From: Candidatus Sericytochromatia bacterium
Lineage (GTDB): Bacteria; Cyanobacteriota; Sericytochromatia; UBA7694; JACMQJ01
Direction: 5' to 3'
Assembly: GCA_046328015.1 (NCBI GenBank)
Contig: JAXLXH010000001.1
Span: forward strand, 2,546,350 to 2,610,349
Length of the DNA stretch: 64,000 nucleotides
In this document: in pieces, positions 1 through 10,539 of the stretch
Layout of the letters: each line of letters begins with the position of its first letter
Position numbering within the stretch: position 1 is the stretch's first letter
Notes under the pieces: generated by a model
Told to the model about the DNA's origin: nothing
Databases searched by the model: none
Seen by the model: the letters and a program-made list of their open reading frames with translations, nothing else
Translations under genes and position numbers: made by a program

Positions 1-2
1 TG

Positions 3-3000
3 ATTGATGTAAATGGAATACAAAAAGATGGCTTACAAGATTGGCAAGGTACTTTAAATGGTTCTATTTCAATAGATGTAAAATCAAAATTAGAAGAAAC
101 TCTTAACAAATTAGATTTACCAAAAGGAACTAGAGTAAATGTTGTTTATGATGAAAAAGCTAAAGAGTTTGATGTTAAATTAAATTATGAAATGATAAGT
201 GAAAGATTTGGAGAACTTACTGCTTTAAGGATAAAACCAGAAGCAGATGGTAGCTTATCTATAAGATCTATGGGTAATTTAGTTAATGCCAATTTAAATT
301 TAACAGATGGTTTAGCTGTAAAAGGTAAAGTAAATGTTCCCTTTGTAGCTTCAGTAGCTGCTGATGGTTCTGTTTCTATGAAAGATATGGATAAAATTGA
401 TGCAAAAGCTGGTGCAGAAGTTGAAATAAAAACACCTTTAACTTTACCAAATATAAAAGTAGGTGCTAATGTAAATCCTAATATGCAAAGAAATACCACT
501 ACTAATAAATTTGATTTTAATCCTAATCTAACTAAAGGTAATGCTAATATCTTTCCAGATTTAAAAGTTGATGGTAAATTAATACCTCAATTTGTTGAAG
601 ATAAAACAGGTTCTTGGGAAACAGATGCTCATAAAGCTATTGCAGGATCAATTATAAGTGTTGCTGAAAGTATGGAAAAAGGTGGGTTTATTGTTCCTCA
701 AAGTATAAAAAATGTAAAAAATAATTTAAAAAATTGGGGTACAGAATCTTATAAATCTCAAGAAGTAAAAGATAAACAAGTTATTAATGATTTTGTAAAT
801 GGAAAAATAAAGTTAGAATACGATATTTCTAAACAAATGAATTTAAAAGGATTTCCTAACGCGAATATTAATCAATTTGATCCTAATATAAAATTTACTG
901 GTGATGGACAAAAATTAAATGTAGTTTTTGATAATTCTAAATTAGTTGCTAGTTCTGATGGTAAATCTACTACAGTAGCAACTCAAGAAGGGAGACCAGA
1001 TGGTTTATCTATAGATGTTTCAGCTAATTTAAATAATACTACTGCTTCTGTAGATGCTAAAGCAAGATTACAAGTAAATATTGATGATAAAGAAAGAAAA
1101 GATTTTTCTAAAAAACTTACTGATATGGGTATGAACCCAAATAAAGCTGAAATTTCTGGTGATTTAACAATTGATACCAAATTACATTCAGAACTAAATA
1201 GTACAGATTTAAGTAAAGTTAATTTGGATGCAACTGTTAATGTAAAAGCTAATGATGTTAGTGTTTTTGACCCAACTACAAATACCAAAATAAGTTTAAG
1301 AAAAGCTAAAGCTGATGGTGATTTAAAAGTAGTTCAGGAAGGTAAAAATACTGTTTTAAAAGCTGATACAAAAGTATCTTTATCAGGATTTAATGTTTAT
1401 AAAGGTAATGAAAGATTAGTAGCTGTAGGTAGTGCAGCTTTTTCTGGAAAGTTATCTTATGAGCATGTACAATCTGAAGATAAAAAATCTCAGAAAACTA
1501 AAGTTTTAGTTCAAGGACATTTAGATGTTAGTAGTGGTAAATATGATGATTTTTCTGTTAAAAATTTAAAGGCTGATGGTTTGGTAGCTTATACAGAAAA
1601 AACAGGTGTAACCTTTGGAGCTACTACAGAAGCCGCTATAAAACTTTCTGGAAATATTACTAACGAAAAAGAAGGTATAAATCTAAATATAAAGAATGTT
1701 TCAGGTTATGGAAAAATAGATGTTGATCAATCTGGTAACATTAAAAGTGCTGATATAAAAGCAGGTGCTTCTGGTAAAAATGAATTTAGAGTAGCTGGAA
1801 AAATAAAAGGTGAAGATTTTATTTTAGAATCAGACTTAAAAGCACATGGTAAAGTAAAAATAGATAAAAATGGAGAAAAAACAACTTTTTCTCTTAAAGG
1901 TGATATAGACAGGTTAAAAACAGGAAATATAGATCTTGAAGATTTTAAAAATATAAATGCTAAAGTAACTTTTGATCCTGTTACAAATTCTGTAACTTTA
2001 AAAGCTGAAACAGGTAAAAACTTAGATTTAAAAGGTAAAATTCAGGGGCAAGAATTTATTTTTAAAGGTGATGCAGAAGTAACTCTACAAGTTGATAAAG
2101 CTACAGGTAAATTTACTCTTACTCCAAATGCTAAAGTAGAACATCTAAAAGTAGGTGATTTTGATTTAAAAGATGCAGAATTAAATGGGGCTAAAATTTC
2201 TGTAGATCCATCTAATGGTAAAAATAAAGTTAGTATAGATTCTTTAGAAAATCAAAATTTGAATTTTAAAGGTGATTTTATAAGCGGTAAAAATAATACT
2301 ACTCATGTAGATATAAAAGGTAAAGGTAGTATTAATTTTGAAGCTACTCCAAATAAAACTACTGGAAAAATGGATTATTCAGTTTCTACTAAAAATGAAT
2401 TTGAAAATTTTGAAATAGGTGATTTTAAACTTAAAAATGCCGTTTTTGATGGTAAAGTAGGTTTTGATGGTCAAAATATTTCTTTAAATGGTAACACTAA
2501 TGAATACCTTAAATTTAAAGGTACTCAAATTAACAAACATACTAATAAAGAAACCAATTTAGATTTTGAAGCAAAAGGAAATTTAACTATTAAAACTGAT
2601 AAAAATGATGGCTTAAATATTTCAATGCAAAATGTAGAACTTAAAAAAGGTTTAATTGATGATTATTTAATAGAAGACACCAAAATAAATGGTAAATTAA
2701 ATTATCAAAAAGCTAAAGATGTAAAAACTCTAAATTTCTCAGGTCTAGATGAGAAAAATCCTAATTTAGAATTATCTGGTAAATTAACAAAAACTTATAA
2801 AGATTTGGAAGGAAAAGAACAAAAATATGTTTCTGAAATTTCAAACTTAGCGTTACAAGGTTCTGTTTCATTAGAAGATAATAAATTAAAATTCCATGAT
2901 TTAAAAACAGAAGTAAAAGGAAAAGTAAATGGTGTTTCTGTAAATAATATTATTGCGGCTAATACCGAAAAAGATGGTTCTTTAGATATAAAACTAGGTA

Positions 3001-4475
3001 ATAGTGTTGATGGTGTTTATTTAGGTGATACCATAAAAGTTAAAGAATTAGAAGATGGCAGATTAAGCTTAAAACCTACTACCAAAAATGGTAGTTTAAA
3101 GATAGGTAGTAGTAAAGATGATATAATATCAATGTTAGATGATTTAAATAAACTTAATTCTGTTAATGCCTCCTCTAATCTTCCTAATGATATAAAAAAT
3201 ATTAAACAACAATTAGCTACATTCTCAACGCTTAATATGAGAGCTGATTTAGATAATTTTAGTATTATTTATGATCCTAAAAATAAAAATATGGTTTTAG
3301 ATTCAGATCTAAATGGTCAAATTGGTACTAAGGTTATAGTTGATCCGAATAATAAAACAGATATCAATTTTAGAAATGTAGATATTACAGGAAAATTAAA
3401 AGCAGATACCGAATCTAATAATTTAACTATTACTAATGGTGTAATGTCAGGTACTACAGATAATATAGAAGATATGATTTTAGGTGCTTTAGCAAAATCT
3501 GGAGCTATACCAAAAGATTATGTAACAGATAAAGAAAAACATAAAATATCTTTTAATATGGGTGGAAAAACTGTTAATATAGATACTAATAAAACAGGTA
3601 TTGGAGAAGATAGTCAAATAGGATTAAAAACTGGAACTAAATTAGCGGGTATCAATTTTAATTATAAAATGAAATCTAAAGTAACAGTTGAAAATATAGC
3701 TCCTAAAGATGCTAAAGAACCTAAAAATGTTATAAAAATACATTTAGATAAAAGTAGCTTAGCAGGTTTGATGACTGTTGATCTAGATGGAAAAGGTAAA
3801 ACTTTAGGTGGTTTGATAAAAGTTAATCTAAATAAACAAATAGAAGGAAATAGAACTCCTTATTTAGATTTTATAGAAACATTAGATAATTTTGATAAAA
3901 ATACCGAAAAAGATTATAAAGAAGCTAAAACTACTTTTGAAAATAAGTTTTTAGCCGAACTTCCTAAAGATACTAGAGAAAAAGAAAAAAATAGAAAATT
4001 AGAAAAAGCTCTAAAAGAAAATAATTTAGATTCTTTTGATAATTATCAAAAACATACAGGTGCGGTGCAATTATTAGATGGAAGAACTATTATTTTTGAT
4101 TTGGAACAATATTTAAAAACTCAAACGGGTGGAAATGCAGATTTTAAAATAGAACCATCTAAAAATGTATTATCAGGTGATAAAGATGCAGATCATTTTA
4201 AATTAGGTTTTTCTGTTACGGTAAAAAATATGGGTCCAGGTAAAGTTGATATTCCTAAAGATGTAAAAGAAGCTAAAAGTGTTACTGATATTATAGAGCA
4301 AGTTCCTGAAATACTTAATCAAACACTAAATGTTACAGAACAAGTAGATAAAGTTGCTAAGGATATAAATACTAATGTTAATAATACTGTAAATACAGTT
4401 AATGCTCAAAAAAATAATGCTTTGGGTCAAATGAGAAATATTAATACTCAGCTAAAAAATAATATAAAAAGATAA
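3..4475 (+). CDS. very large repetitive Lys/Asn/Asp-rich secreted or surface protein (5' end runs off the window; >1490 aa)
   Basis: Open frame without stops from nt 3 to the TAA at 4475; upstream of the M at 192 the same repeat style continues. Beta-rich low-complexity repeats, no Cys, no RTX GGXGXD repeats and no catalytic motif recognised. Confidence 0.6.
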   Translation: MDVNGIQKDGLQDWQGTLNGSISIDVKSKLEETLNKLDLPKGTRVNVVYDEKAKEFDVKLNYEMISERFGELTALRIKPEADGSLSIRSMGNLVNANLNLTDGLAVKGKVNVPFVASVAADGSVSMKDMDKIDAKAGAEVEIKTPLTLPNIKVGANVNPNMQRNTTTNKFDFNPNLTKGNANIFPDLKVDGKLIPQFVEDKTGSWETDAHKAIAGSIISVAESMEKGGFIVPQSIKNVKNNLKNWGTESYKSQEVKDKQVINDFVNGKIKLEYDISKQMNLKGFPNANINQFDPNIKFTGDGQKLNVVFDNSKLVASSDGKSTTVATQEGRPDGLSIDVSANLNNTTASVDAKARLQVNIDDKERKDFSKKLTDMGMNPNKAEISGDLTIDTKLHSELNSTDLSKVNLDATVNVKANDVSVFDPTTNTKISLRKAKADGDLKVVQEGKNTVLKADTKVSLSGFNVYKGNERLVAVGSAAFSGKLSYEHVQSEDKKSQKTKVLVQGHLDVSSGKYDDFSVKNLKADGLVAYTEKTGVTFGATTEAAIKLSGNITNEKEGINLNIKNVSGYGKIDVDQSGNIKSADIKAGASGKNEFRVAGKIKGEDFILESDLKAHGKVKIDKNGEKTTFSLKGDIDRLKTGNIDLEDFKNINAKVTFDPVTNSVTLKAETGKNLDLKGKIQGQEFIFKGDAEVTLQVDKATGKFTLTPNAKVEHLKVGDFDLKDAELNGAKISVDPSNGKNKVSIDSLENQNLNFKGDFISGKNNTTHVDIKGKGSINFEATPNKTTGKMDYSVSTKNEFENFEIGDFKLKNAVFDGKVGFDGQNISLNGNTNEYLKFKGTQINKHTNKETNLDFEAKGNLTIKTDKNDGLNISMQNVELKKGLIDDYLIEDTKINGKLNYQKAKDVKTLNFSGLDEKNPNLELSGKLTKTYKDLEGKEQKYVSEISNLALQGSVSLEDNKLKFHDLKTEVKGKVNGVSVNNIIAANTEKDGSLDIKLGNSVDGVYLGDTIKVKELEDGRLSLKPTTKNGSLKIGSSKDDIISMLDDLNKLNSVNASSNLPNDIKNIKQQLATFSTLNMRADLDNFSIIYDPKNKNMVLDSDLNGQIGTKVIVDPNNKTDINFRNVDITGKLKADTESNNLTITNGVMSGTTDNIEDMILGALAKSGAIPKDYVTDKEKHKISFNMGGKTVNIDTNKTGIGEDSQIGLKTGTKLAGINFNYKMKSKVTVENIAPKDAKEPKNVIKIHLDKSSLAGLMTVDLDGKGKTLGGLIKVNLNKQIEGNRTPYLDFIETLDNFDKNTEKDYKEAKTTFENKFLAELPKDTREKEKNRKLEKALKENNLDSFDNYQKHTGAVQLLDGRTIIFDLEQYLKTQTGGNADFKIEPSKNVLSGDKDADHFKLGFSVTVKNMGPGKVDIPKDVKEAKSVTDIIEQVPEILNQTLNVTEQVDKVAKDINTNVNNTVNTVNAQKNNALGQMRNINTQLKNNIKR

Positions 4476-4590
4476 TTTTTTAAAATTATGTATTAACAGA
4501 GTGTGGCATTATATTGTGGGTATGAGTGTACTTAATTTATAATCTATAAATGAAAATAAAATGATAAAAATTTAATAATAAAATTAAAAA

Positions 4591-6186
4591 GTGAAAAATG
4601 ATTTAAAACCGTTACCACTAGGTAATGCAACATTCAAAAAAGTAATAGAAGAAGGTTGTATTTATGTAGATAAAACAGAAGAAATACATAAATTAATTGG
4701 AGATAATAAACAAAGTAGATATTATTTTTTATCTCGCCCAAGAAGATTTGGTAAATCATTACTTATAAGCACATTAGAAGAAATTTTTAAGGGAAACAAA
4801 GAGCTTTTTAAAGGGTTATATATTTATGATAAAATAGATTTTAAAAAATACCCAGTAATAAAATTAACAATGAATGACTTAAATTATGCTCAAGGAATAA
4901 AAGACTTTGAAAATTCACTTTTATTTCAAATAAAAAATATTTATGAAACATATAATATAGAACTAAAAGAAAATGATTATATTTTATCATTTAAAAGGCT
5001 TATACAAGAATTATCAAAAAAATCAGAACAAGAAAAAGTTGTTTTACTAATAGATGAATATGACAAACCAATTATTGAATATTTGGGTGATAATATTGAA
5101 CGTGCAACAGAAATGAGAAAAATTTTGAAAAATTTTTATGAAACAATAAAAGCGAATGATCAATATCTTCATTTTGTTTTTTTAACAGGAGTTTCTAAAT
5201 TTTCTAAAACTTCAATTTTTTCTAGTTTGAATAATATAACTGATATAACATTAGATAATGAATTTTCAAAAATAGTAGGGATAAATGAAGAACAATTATA
5301 TGATTATTTTGATGAATATATAAAAATTTTGGCAACAGAAAATCAGTATAGTATAGAAAATATAAAAAAAGAATTAAAATTTTGGTACAATGGGTATTCT
5401 TGGGACGGTAAAAACTTTTTATATAACCCTTATTCTCTATTAAGTGTTTTTAGTAAAAAAAATGTCGATAATTATTGGTTTGAAACAGGAACTCCAACTT
5501 TTTTAATAAAAACTATAAAAGAATACAATATTGATGTTCGTAAATTAGAAAAATTAGTTTTATCTTTAAATAGTTTTTCTTCTTTTGATATTGATAATAT
5601 GAATGTATATGCGTTACTTTTTCAAACTGGTTATTTAACTGTAAAAGAAATAATAAAAAATGGCTTAGAAAGAGAATATGTTTTATCTTATCCAAATAAA
5701 GAAGTAAGAATTTCAATGTTAGAACATTTATTAAATGACTATGTAGGAAAAATAGTAGATGATGATATATCAGTTAATGAAATGGTTCGTAAATTAAAAA
5801 ATAATGATATGGATGGTCTAAAAAATATTTTTATTTCTATTTTTGGAACAATAGCAGTAAAAATGCAACCTAATTCTAATACAACTATTCAAGATAAAGA
5901 ATTATATTATCATACTATTTTTTATTTAATTTTTGTGCTTATAGGTTCTAAAATAAAAGCTGAAGTTTCTACAAATAAAGGTTTTATAGATGCAGTAGTA
6001 GAAACAGATAAATATATTTATATTTTTGAATTTAAAATGGGTAGTACAAAATCAGCAATTAGGCAAATTAAAGATAAAGCTTATTATGAGCCATATTTAG
6101 CTAAAAATAAACAAATCTTTTTGGTAGGTGTAAGCTTTGATTCTAAAACAAAAAATATAAAAAAATGGGTTTTGGAAAAATTATGA
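4591..6186 (+). CDS. predicted AAA-ATPase-like protein with C-terminal PD-(D/E)XK nuclease-like domain (PF09820/DUF1703-type architecture)
   Basis: N-terminal 'YFLSRPRRFGKSLL' motif typical of the predicted AAA-ATPase-like family. C-terminal 'DAVVETDKYIYIFEFKMG' has a D...E-x-K arrangement typical of PD-(D/E)XK. Confidence 0.6.
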   Translation: MKNDLKPLPLGNATFKKVIEEGCIYVDKTEEIHKLIGDNKQSRYYFLSRPRRFGKSLLISTLEEIFKGNKELFKGLYIYDKIDFKKYPVIKLTMNDLNYAQGIKDFENSLLFQIKNIYETYNIELKENDYILSFKRLIQELSKKSEQEKVVLLIDEYDKPIIEYLGDNIERATEMRKILKNFYETIKANDQYLHFVFLTGVSKFSKTSIFSSLNNITDITLDNEFSKIVGINEEQLYDYFDEYIKILATENQYSIENIKKELKFWYNGYSWDGKNFLYNPYSLLSVFSKKNVDNYWFETGTPTFLIKTIKEYNIDVRKLEKLVLSLNSFSSFDIDNMNVYALLFQTGYLTVKEIIKNGLEREYVLSYPNKEVRISMLEHLLNDYVGKIVDDDISVNEMVRKLKNNDMDGLKNIFISIFGTIAVKMQPNSNTTIQDKELYYHTIFYLIFVLIGSKIKAEVSTNKGFIDAVVETDKYIYIFEFKMGSTKSAIRQIKDKAYYEPYLAKNKQIFLVGVSFDSKTKNIKKWVLEKL

Positions 6187-6260
6187 TATTTAGTAATATC
6201 AAGATTGAGTTAAAATTTTTACTTGCTTTTATATTTACTTTATTTTTCTTACCCAAACGA

Positions 6261-6420
6261 CTAATTTTATTGATAATTTAAAATCAAGAGCCAGTTCCTT
6301 ATAAACTATCTTTTTTTGATAGACCTGAAGTTCATATTGGTTGAATGATGTTAATGTTTCACCTTTTCAATAACTTTAATAGCTTATGCTTTATATAGTT
6401 GGAGAAAAAATTAAGAGCAT
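6261..6420 (+). pseudogene. collapsed remnant of a paralogue of the glycine-zipper gene at 7865..8254
   Basis: 6261-6287 matches 7898-7926 ('taattttattgataatttaaaatcaa'), then joins directly to a match of 8034-8100 ('gagccagttccttataaa...tttgatagacc.gaagttc.tattgg') and 8215-8245 ('agcttatgctttatatagttgg'). Internal deletions remove the Gly-rich core and the frame is destroyed. Confidence 0.55.
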
Positions 6421-6437
6421 TTTTTATTTACAGATAA

Positions 6438-7445
6438 TTATTTTATATTGTTTATAAATTTTATTATAAGAGGCATAATTTTTTTATTTAGAGGCAAGTT
6501 AGGATTAATATAGGTTTTTAGATTTTCTGATACATCAATTGGTGCATCTTTCAATATATGATTCATATTTTCTATTATTTCTATTTTTGAATTTTTATTT
6601 GATGAATTTAGTTCTATTGCATTAGCAACACTTACTTGTAAATCTGTTGTGCCTTGAATAATTTGAATATCACAATTAAGATTTTTTATCTCTTTTGCAG
6701 GAGAATATTTTAGCCATGAAATTAAATAATTTTGACTTTTTGTCGCAAATACAAATTTTAATGTAGGATCTTTTATATCATTAACAAGTTTACCTTCTTT
6801 AAGATTTTTTATTATATAATTTAATTCTTCTTGATCAATATTAGGTTTTTTTAATTGTTCTAATAATACTTCACCAGCTTCTTTTCCCAAACCTGCTATA
6901 GATACAAACCCATTTACTTTTTCTTTTTCTGCACTAATTATACTTATTAAAGAACCTTCACTATGACCTAATAAAATTATTTTATTAAATCTTTTATCAT
7001 TTTTAAAAAATTTTATAATTGAAATAAGATCATTAATTCCGTCTTCTAAAGTTATATTTGATAAATTAAAATTATTTATTTTTTCAGGGTGAAGATACCT
7101 TTTATCAAATCTAAAAGAGGCTATTTTATCTTTGGCTAGTTCTTGAGATATATATTTATATGAATTAGTATTTAAGTTTATTTTTAAATCATTTCCATCT
7201 CTATTAATTGAACCAGAGCCAGGTACTATTAAAGCTATAGTTCCATTAGTAAAATTATTTGGTAAATTTAAAGTACCTAATATTTTGCCATCTTTTATAT
7301 TTATTTCTAATTCTTTTTCAACATATTCAATATTATTAGATATAAAAGTATCTTTTGATTTTGAATTATCAATATTTGCAAAAGCTTGGTTGAAACTAAT
7401 TAATAAAAAAGAAAAAAATATTAAATGTAATTTTTTTAAATACAT
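6438..7445 (-). CDS. secreted alpha/beta-hydrolase (serine hydrolase)
   Basis: 'LLGHSEGSLI' nucleophile elbow (GxSxG). Signal peptide 'MYLKKLHLIFFSFLLISFNQAFA'. The ORF-track start at 7478 is probably an N-terminal over-extension. Confidence 0.65.
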   Translation of the reverse strand: MYLKKLHLIFFSFLLISFNQAFANIDNSKSKDTFISNNIEYVEKELEINIKDGKILGTLNLPNNFTNGTIALIVPGSGSINRDGNDLKINLNTNSYKYISQELAKDKIASFRFDKRYLHPEKINNFNLSNITLEDGINDLISIIKFFKNDKRFNKIILLGHSEGSLISIISAEKEKVNGFVSIAGLGKEAGEVLLEQLKKPNIDQEELNYIIKNLKEGKLVNDIKDPTLKFVFATKSQNYLISWLKYSPAKEIKNLNCDIQIIQGTTDLQVSVANAIELNSSNKNSKIEIIENMNHILKDAPIDVSENLKTYINPNLPLNKKIMPLIIKFINNIK

Positions 7446-7608
7446 AAATTTTCCAATAAATACAATAAAAAATATCAATAATAATATGATATTAAATTTA
7501 TAAATAATATCTTTGTTTATTAAAAATTAATAGATTATCCTATTTTATATCTATTCCCATTTTTTTAGCATACAAGTTTATAATTATCTATACTTAAAAT
7601 TATTATAA

Positions 7609-7757
7609 ACACACACTTTGTCGTTCCGTAAGATCCTGAATCAAGTTCAGGATGACTAGGGAATCTAGTGTGTTTTTCTTATTTTAAACCTATAAAAAGT
7701 TACTTAGATCCTGAATCAATACTGAATCAAGTTCAGCATGACTTGAGGATGACTATA
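7609..7757. repeat. pair of small palindromic elements carrying the 'gatcctgaatcaagttcaggatgact' hairpin (related to repeat family C)
   Basis: 'cctgaatcaagttcagg' hairpin occurs twice (about 7632 and 7720). The first copy is bracketed by acacact/agtgtgt inverted ends. Confidence 0.5.
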
Positions 7758-7864
7758 AGCAACTTTTATAAGTTCTAAATTATATTTTTATAAAAAATAC
7801 CTTAAAAGCATTAGTTATTAGATTATAATTTAAATTATATAAATAGTAAGTAAATAAAAATATT

Positions 7865-8254
7865 ATGATAAATGCAATTCCTAATTCAAATCCAATAAGT
7901 AATTTTATTGATAATTTAAAATCAAAACCTATTTCTAATAATAATTATACTGCTGTATCAACTTCTTATAAATCAGATGCTTTTACTTTAAATACTAATA
8001 TTACAAAACCTATTCCTACAGATCCTCCTTATCAAGAGCCAGTTCCTTATAAACCTTCTTTTTTTGATAGACCCGAAGTTCGTATTGGTGGTATGATGTT
8101 AGGTGCAGGTGCTGTTGGTGGTGGAATTGGATACGCTGTTGGTTCTGCTTTTGGCAGAGCTAGCTTAGGTACAGCAATAGGTACAGGTGTAGGAGTTACT
8201 GCTCCAATAGCTTTATTAGCTTATGCTTTATATAGTTGGGGTAAAAATAACTAA
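7865..8254 (+). CDS. small membrane protein with C-terminal glycine-zipper (GxxxG-rich) hydrophobic segment and Asn/Pro-rich N-terminus
   Basis: '[23 protein letters not shown]...[22 protein letters not shown]' resembles Gly-zipper_2TM-type segments (established family knowledge). No signal peptide. Confidence 0.5.
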   Translation: MINAIPNSNPISNFIDNLKSKPISNNNYTAVSTSYKSDAFTLNTNITKPIPTDPPYQEPVPYKPSFFDRPEVRIGGMMLGAGAVGGGIGYAVGSAFGRASLGTAIGTGVGVTAPIALLAYALYSWGKNN

Positions 8255-9288
8255 GAATATTTCTCTTCAAATAATAATGCTATTTTTACTAAAAATAATA
8301 AAACTGGTACTTCTACTAAAGGTCCAATAACACTTGCAAAAGCCGAACCAGAATTAATTCCAAAAACGGCAATTGATACAGCCAAACCAAGCTCAAAGTT
8401 ATTACCTGCTGCTGTAAAAGCCATAGCAACAGCTTTTTTATAATTAGTTCCCATTTTTATAGTTAAATAAAAAGTTAGGAAAAACATAATAGCAAAATAT
8501 ATACTTAAAGGTATGGCTATACGAATAACATCAAAAGGAATAGTTAGAATTAGATTGCCTTTTAAACTAAACATTACAAAAATGGTAAATAAAAGTGCAA
8601 TTAATGTAAAGGGGCTAATAATAGGGACATATTTTTCTTTAAACCATTTTTCACCTTTAGTTCTAATTAGAAAATATCTAGATGTAAATCCCATTAAAAA
8701 AGGAATTCCTAAATAGATAAAAACAGATTCGGCTACTTGTTTCATTGTTATAGCTACTTCAAATCCTTTTATTCCAAAAAATGGAGGTAAAATAGTTAGA
8801 AAAAACCAAGCATATACAGAATAAAATAAAACTTGGAAAATACTATTAAAAGCAACAAATGAAGCTGCTAAAGTATTATCTCCTTTAGCTAAATCAATCC
8901 AAACTACAACCATAGCAATACAAGGAGCAATTCCCATTAACATCATACCAGTCATATATTCAGGTTTATCTGGTAAAAATAAAATAGCTAAACTAAACAT
9001 TAAAAGTGGAGCTAAGATCCAAACTAGAAAAAATAATAAACTTATAACTTTTATATTTTTAAATACTTTAGTAATTTCAGTATAATTAACTTTTGCTAAT
9101 GGTGGATACATCATAATAATAAGCCCAATAGCAATAGGGATATTTGTGGTTCCAGATTGAAACTTATTCCAAAAAGAAGCTAAAGAAGGTAAAAAATAGC
9201 CTAATATTACTCCCAAAAACATTGCTGAAAAAATCCAAACAGTTAAATATCTATCTAAAAAAGAAAGTTTTTTTGTTAACTCAGACAT
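8251..9288 (-). CDS. acr3: arsenite efflux permease, ACR3 family
   Basis: N-terminus '[13 protein letters not shown]' matches the conserved ACR3/ArsB(YqcL) signature. Polytopic hydrophobic protein. Lies in the ars cluster. Confidence 0.85.
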   Translation of the reverse strand: MSELTKKLSFLDRYLTVWIFSAMFLGVILGYFLPSLASFWNKFQSGTTNIPIAIGLIIMMYPPLAKVNYTEITKVFKNIKVISLLFFLVWILAPLLMFSLAILFLPDKPEYMTGMMLMGIAPCIAMVVVWIDLAKGDNTLAASFVAFNSIFQVLFYSVYAWFFLTILPPFFGIKGFEVAITMKQVAESVFIYLGIPFLMGFTSRYFLIRTKGEKWFKEKYVPIISPFTLIALLFTIFVMFSLKGNLILTIPFDVIRIAIPLSIYFAIMFFLTFYLTIKMGTNYKKAVAMAFTAAGNNFELGLAVSIAVFGINSGSAFASVIGPLVEVPVLLFLVKIALLFEEKYS

Positions 9289-9297
9289 AATTAATAC

Positions 9298-9720
9298 CTA
9301 TTCAAGTTCACTATTATTTTCTAAGGCTCTCTTTAGTATATCCAAACGGTTTTTTATTTGATTTCTTATTTCCCTAAATAAATTCATTTGCTCTTCATCA
9401 GATAAAGAAGGGTTTGCAGGATCAGTTAAAGCCCAATTTAATTTTTTCGTTTTTCCTAAAAAAGTAGGGCAAACTTCTTCGGCACATAAAGTTATAACTA
9501 AATCAATACTATTAGGTTTAATACTTTCAACAGATTTTGATTCTTGTTTACTGATATCAATATCTAATTCAGCTAAAGCTTTTATTGCATAGGGATTAAC
9601 AAATGATGGCTTAGATCCTGCACTTTGAATATGATAATTATTTCCCAAAATATTTTTAGCTAATCCTTCTGCCATCTGACTACGTGCAGAATTTGCTACA
9701 CATAAAAATAGAATATTCAT
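9298..9720 (-). CDS. arsC: arsenate reductase, LMW-PTP (thioredoxin-coupled) type
   Basis: '[16 protein letters not shown]' CX5R P-loop at the N-terminus and distal Cys 'TLCAEEVCP', as in Bacillus/Staphylococcus ArsC. Confidence 0.85.
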   Translation of the reverse strand: MNILFLCVANSARSQMAEGLAKNILGNNYHIQSAGSKPSFVNPYAIKALAELDIDISKQESKSVESIKPNSIDLVITLCAEEVCPTFLGKTKKLNWALTDPANPSLSDEEQMNLFREIRNQIKNRLDILKRALENNSELE

Positions 9721-9756
9721 TTTATTCTCCTTTAGTCTTTATTTTTATTAGATAAT

Positions 9757-9869
9757 ACGGGGGTGTCTAAAAAGTGTGCGTTAATTATAACGCCCATACT
9801 AAAACACTGGCTTTCACCCTAGTCTTTCGTAAAAAAAAGACCTAGAAAAAGCCTTTTTGGACACACCCG
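9757..9869. repeat. family-B-like MITE with terminal inverted repeats (gggtgtctaaaaag ... ctttttggacacaccc)
   Basis: GC-rich element in the AT-rich arsI-arsC spacer. The ends form a perfect inverted repeat of about 14 bp. Related to the 14081 and 22174 copies ('ttttacgaaa' core). Confidence 0.55.
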
Positions 9870-9948
9870 TTTCAGGGGTACGGGAGCAGAGCCACCCATC
9901 CCTTCCTCCTGCGGGGTTGATAACCCGTAGGAAGTCTTAAATTCATTT
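9870..9948. repeat. family-A GC-rich palindromic element (REP/RPE-like), copy 1
   Basis: 'tttcaggggtacggg...cccttcctcctgcggggttgataacccgtaggaagtcttaaattcatt' shares core and terminus with the copies at 12679 and 63459. Confidence 0.75.
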
Positions 9949-10068
9949 ATACTTTATGAACTAGTTTACAATTTATTTGCAAACTAATCCATATTTAGTA
10001 TAATTTTAATTGAATCATTTAAACTTATGTTAGTTGGGTAAAACCCTCTAACAAAGTATTTTATTATT

Positions 10069-10539
10069 TTAAGAACAACATTTAACTTTTTTGGTTAAAC
10101 TTTCTTTTTCATTTGTAGGGCAACAAGCAGAAACATCTTCTGGTTTACTAGTTTCTAACATATCATCTAATAAAACATAAACTTCCCATTTATTTCCATC
10201 AGGATCCATTGCCCAAACTTTATCTTGAAGTGCATAACAGCAAGTAGTATTTTTTTCTTCTAAAGTTAATAAACCTGCTTGTTTTAATCTTAAAACTCCT
10301 TTCTCTACCTCTTCTTTACTAGAAACTTGTATGCCTAAATGACTCAAAGTTCCTTTACCTTGTTCTATATTAGCTTCATTTAAGGCTAGTTTTAAAGGTG
10401 GATTTTGCAAATCAAAATTGGCATATCCTTTACGAGTTTTATGTACTTTTTCACCAAAAAAAGCCTCATAAAATTTAATAGCATTCTCTATGTTAGATAC
10501 ATTAAGAGAAACATGTGTTTTTGCAATTGTACTTGTCAT
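10069..10539 (-). CDS. arsI: ArsI-like C-As lyase (VOC/glyoxalase-fold dioxygenase) with vicinal Cys pair
   Basis: Glyoxalase/bleomycin-resistance-type fold in an ars operon. Vicinal Cys 'TCCYA' in the position where ArsI binds trivalent organoarsenicals, plus a Cys-rich C-terminal tail (ACCP...KCCS). Start is likely at M8 (10539), abutting the arsR stop. Confidence 0.6.
   Translation of the reverse strand: MTSTIAKTHVSLNVSNIENAIKFYEAFFGEKVHKTRKGYANFDLQNPPLKLALNEANIEQGKGTLSHLGIQVSSKEEVEKGVLRLKQAGLLTLEEKNTTCCYALQDKVWAMDPDGNKWEVYVLLDDMLETSKPEDVSACCPTNEKESLTKKVKCCS

Noticed and set aside
185-1288. Reverse-strand ORFs 185..499 and 983..1288 inside the giant + strand gene. Similar antisense or shadow ORFs occur at 5513..5716, 7285..7503, 8513..8716, 10405..10596, 10696..10944, 13622..13867, 17537..17761, 21066..21290, 27290..27540, 27752..27955, 28165..28347, 28464..28694, 34515..34802, 55724..56407, 57432..57641 and 62881..63066.
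   Set aside because: Each lies entirely within or across a much longer, motif-bearing ORF on the other strand. Their composition is low-complexity (Phe/Ile/Leu/Ser-rich), typical of antisense frames in AT-rich DNA. They have no SD or start context.
3-4475. RTX toxin or hemolysin-type calcium-binding giant protein
   Set aside because: No GGXGXD nonapeptide repeats and no C-terminal secretion signal were recognisable. The repeats are Lys/Asn-rich beta-like units instead.
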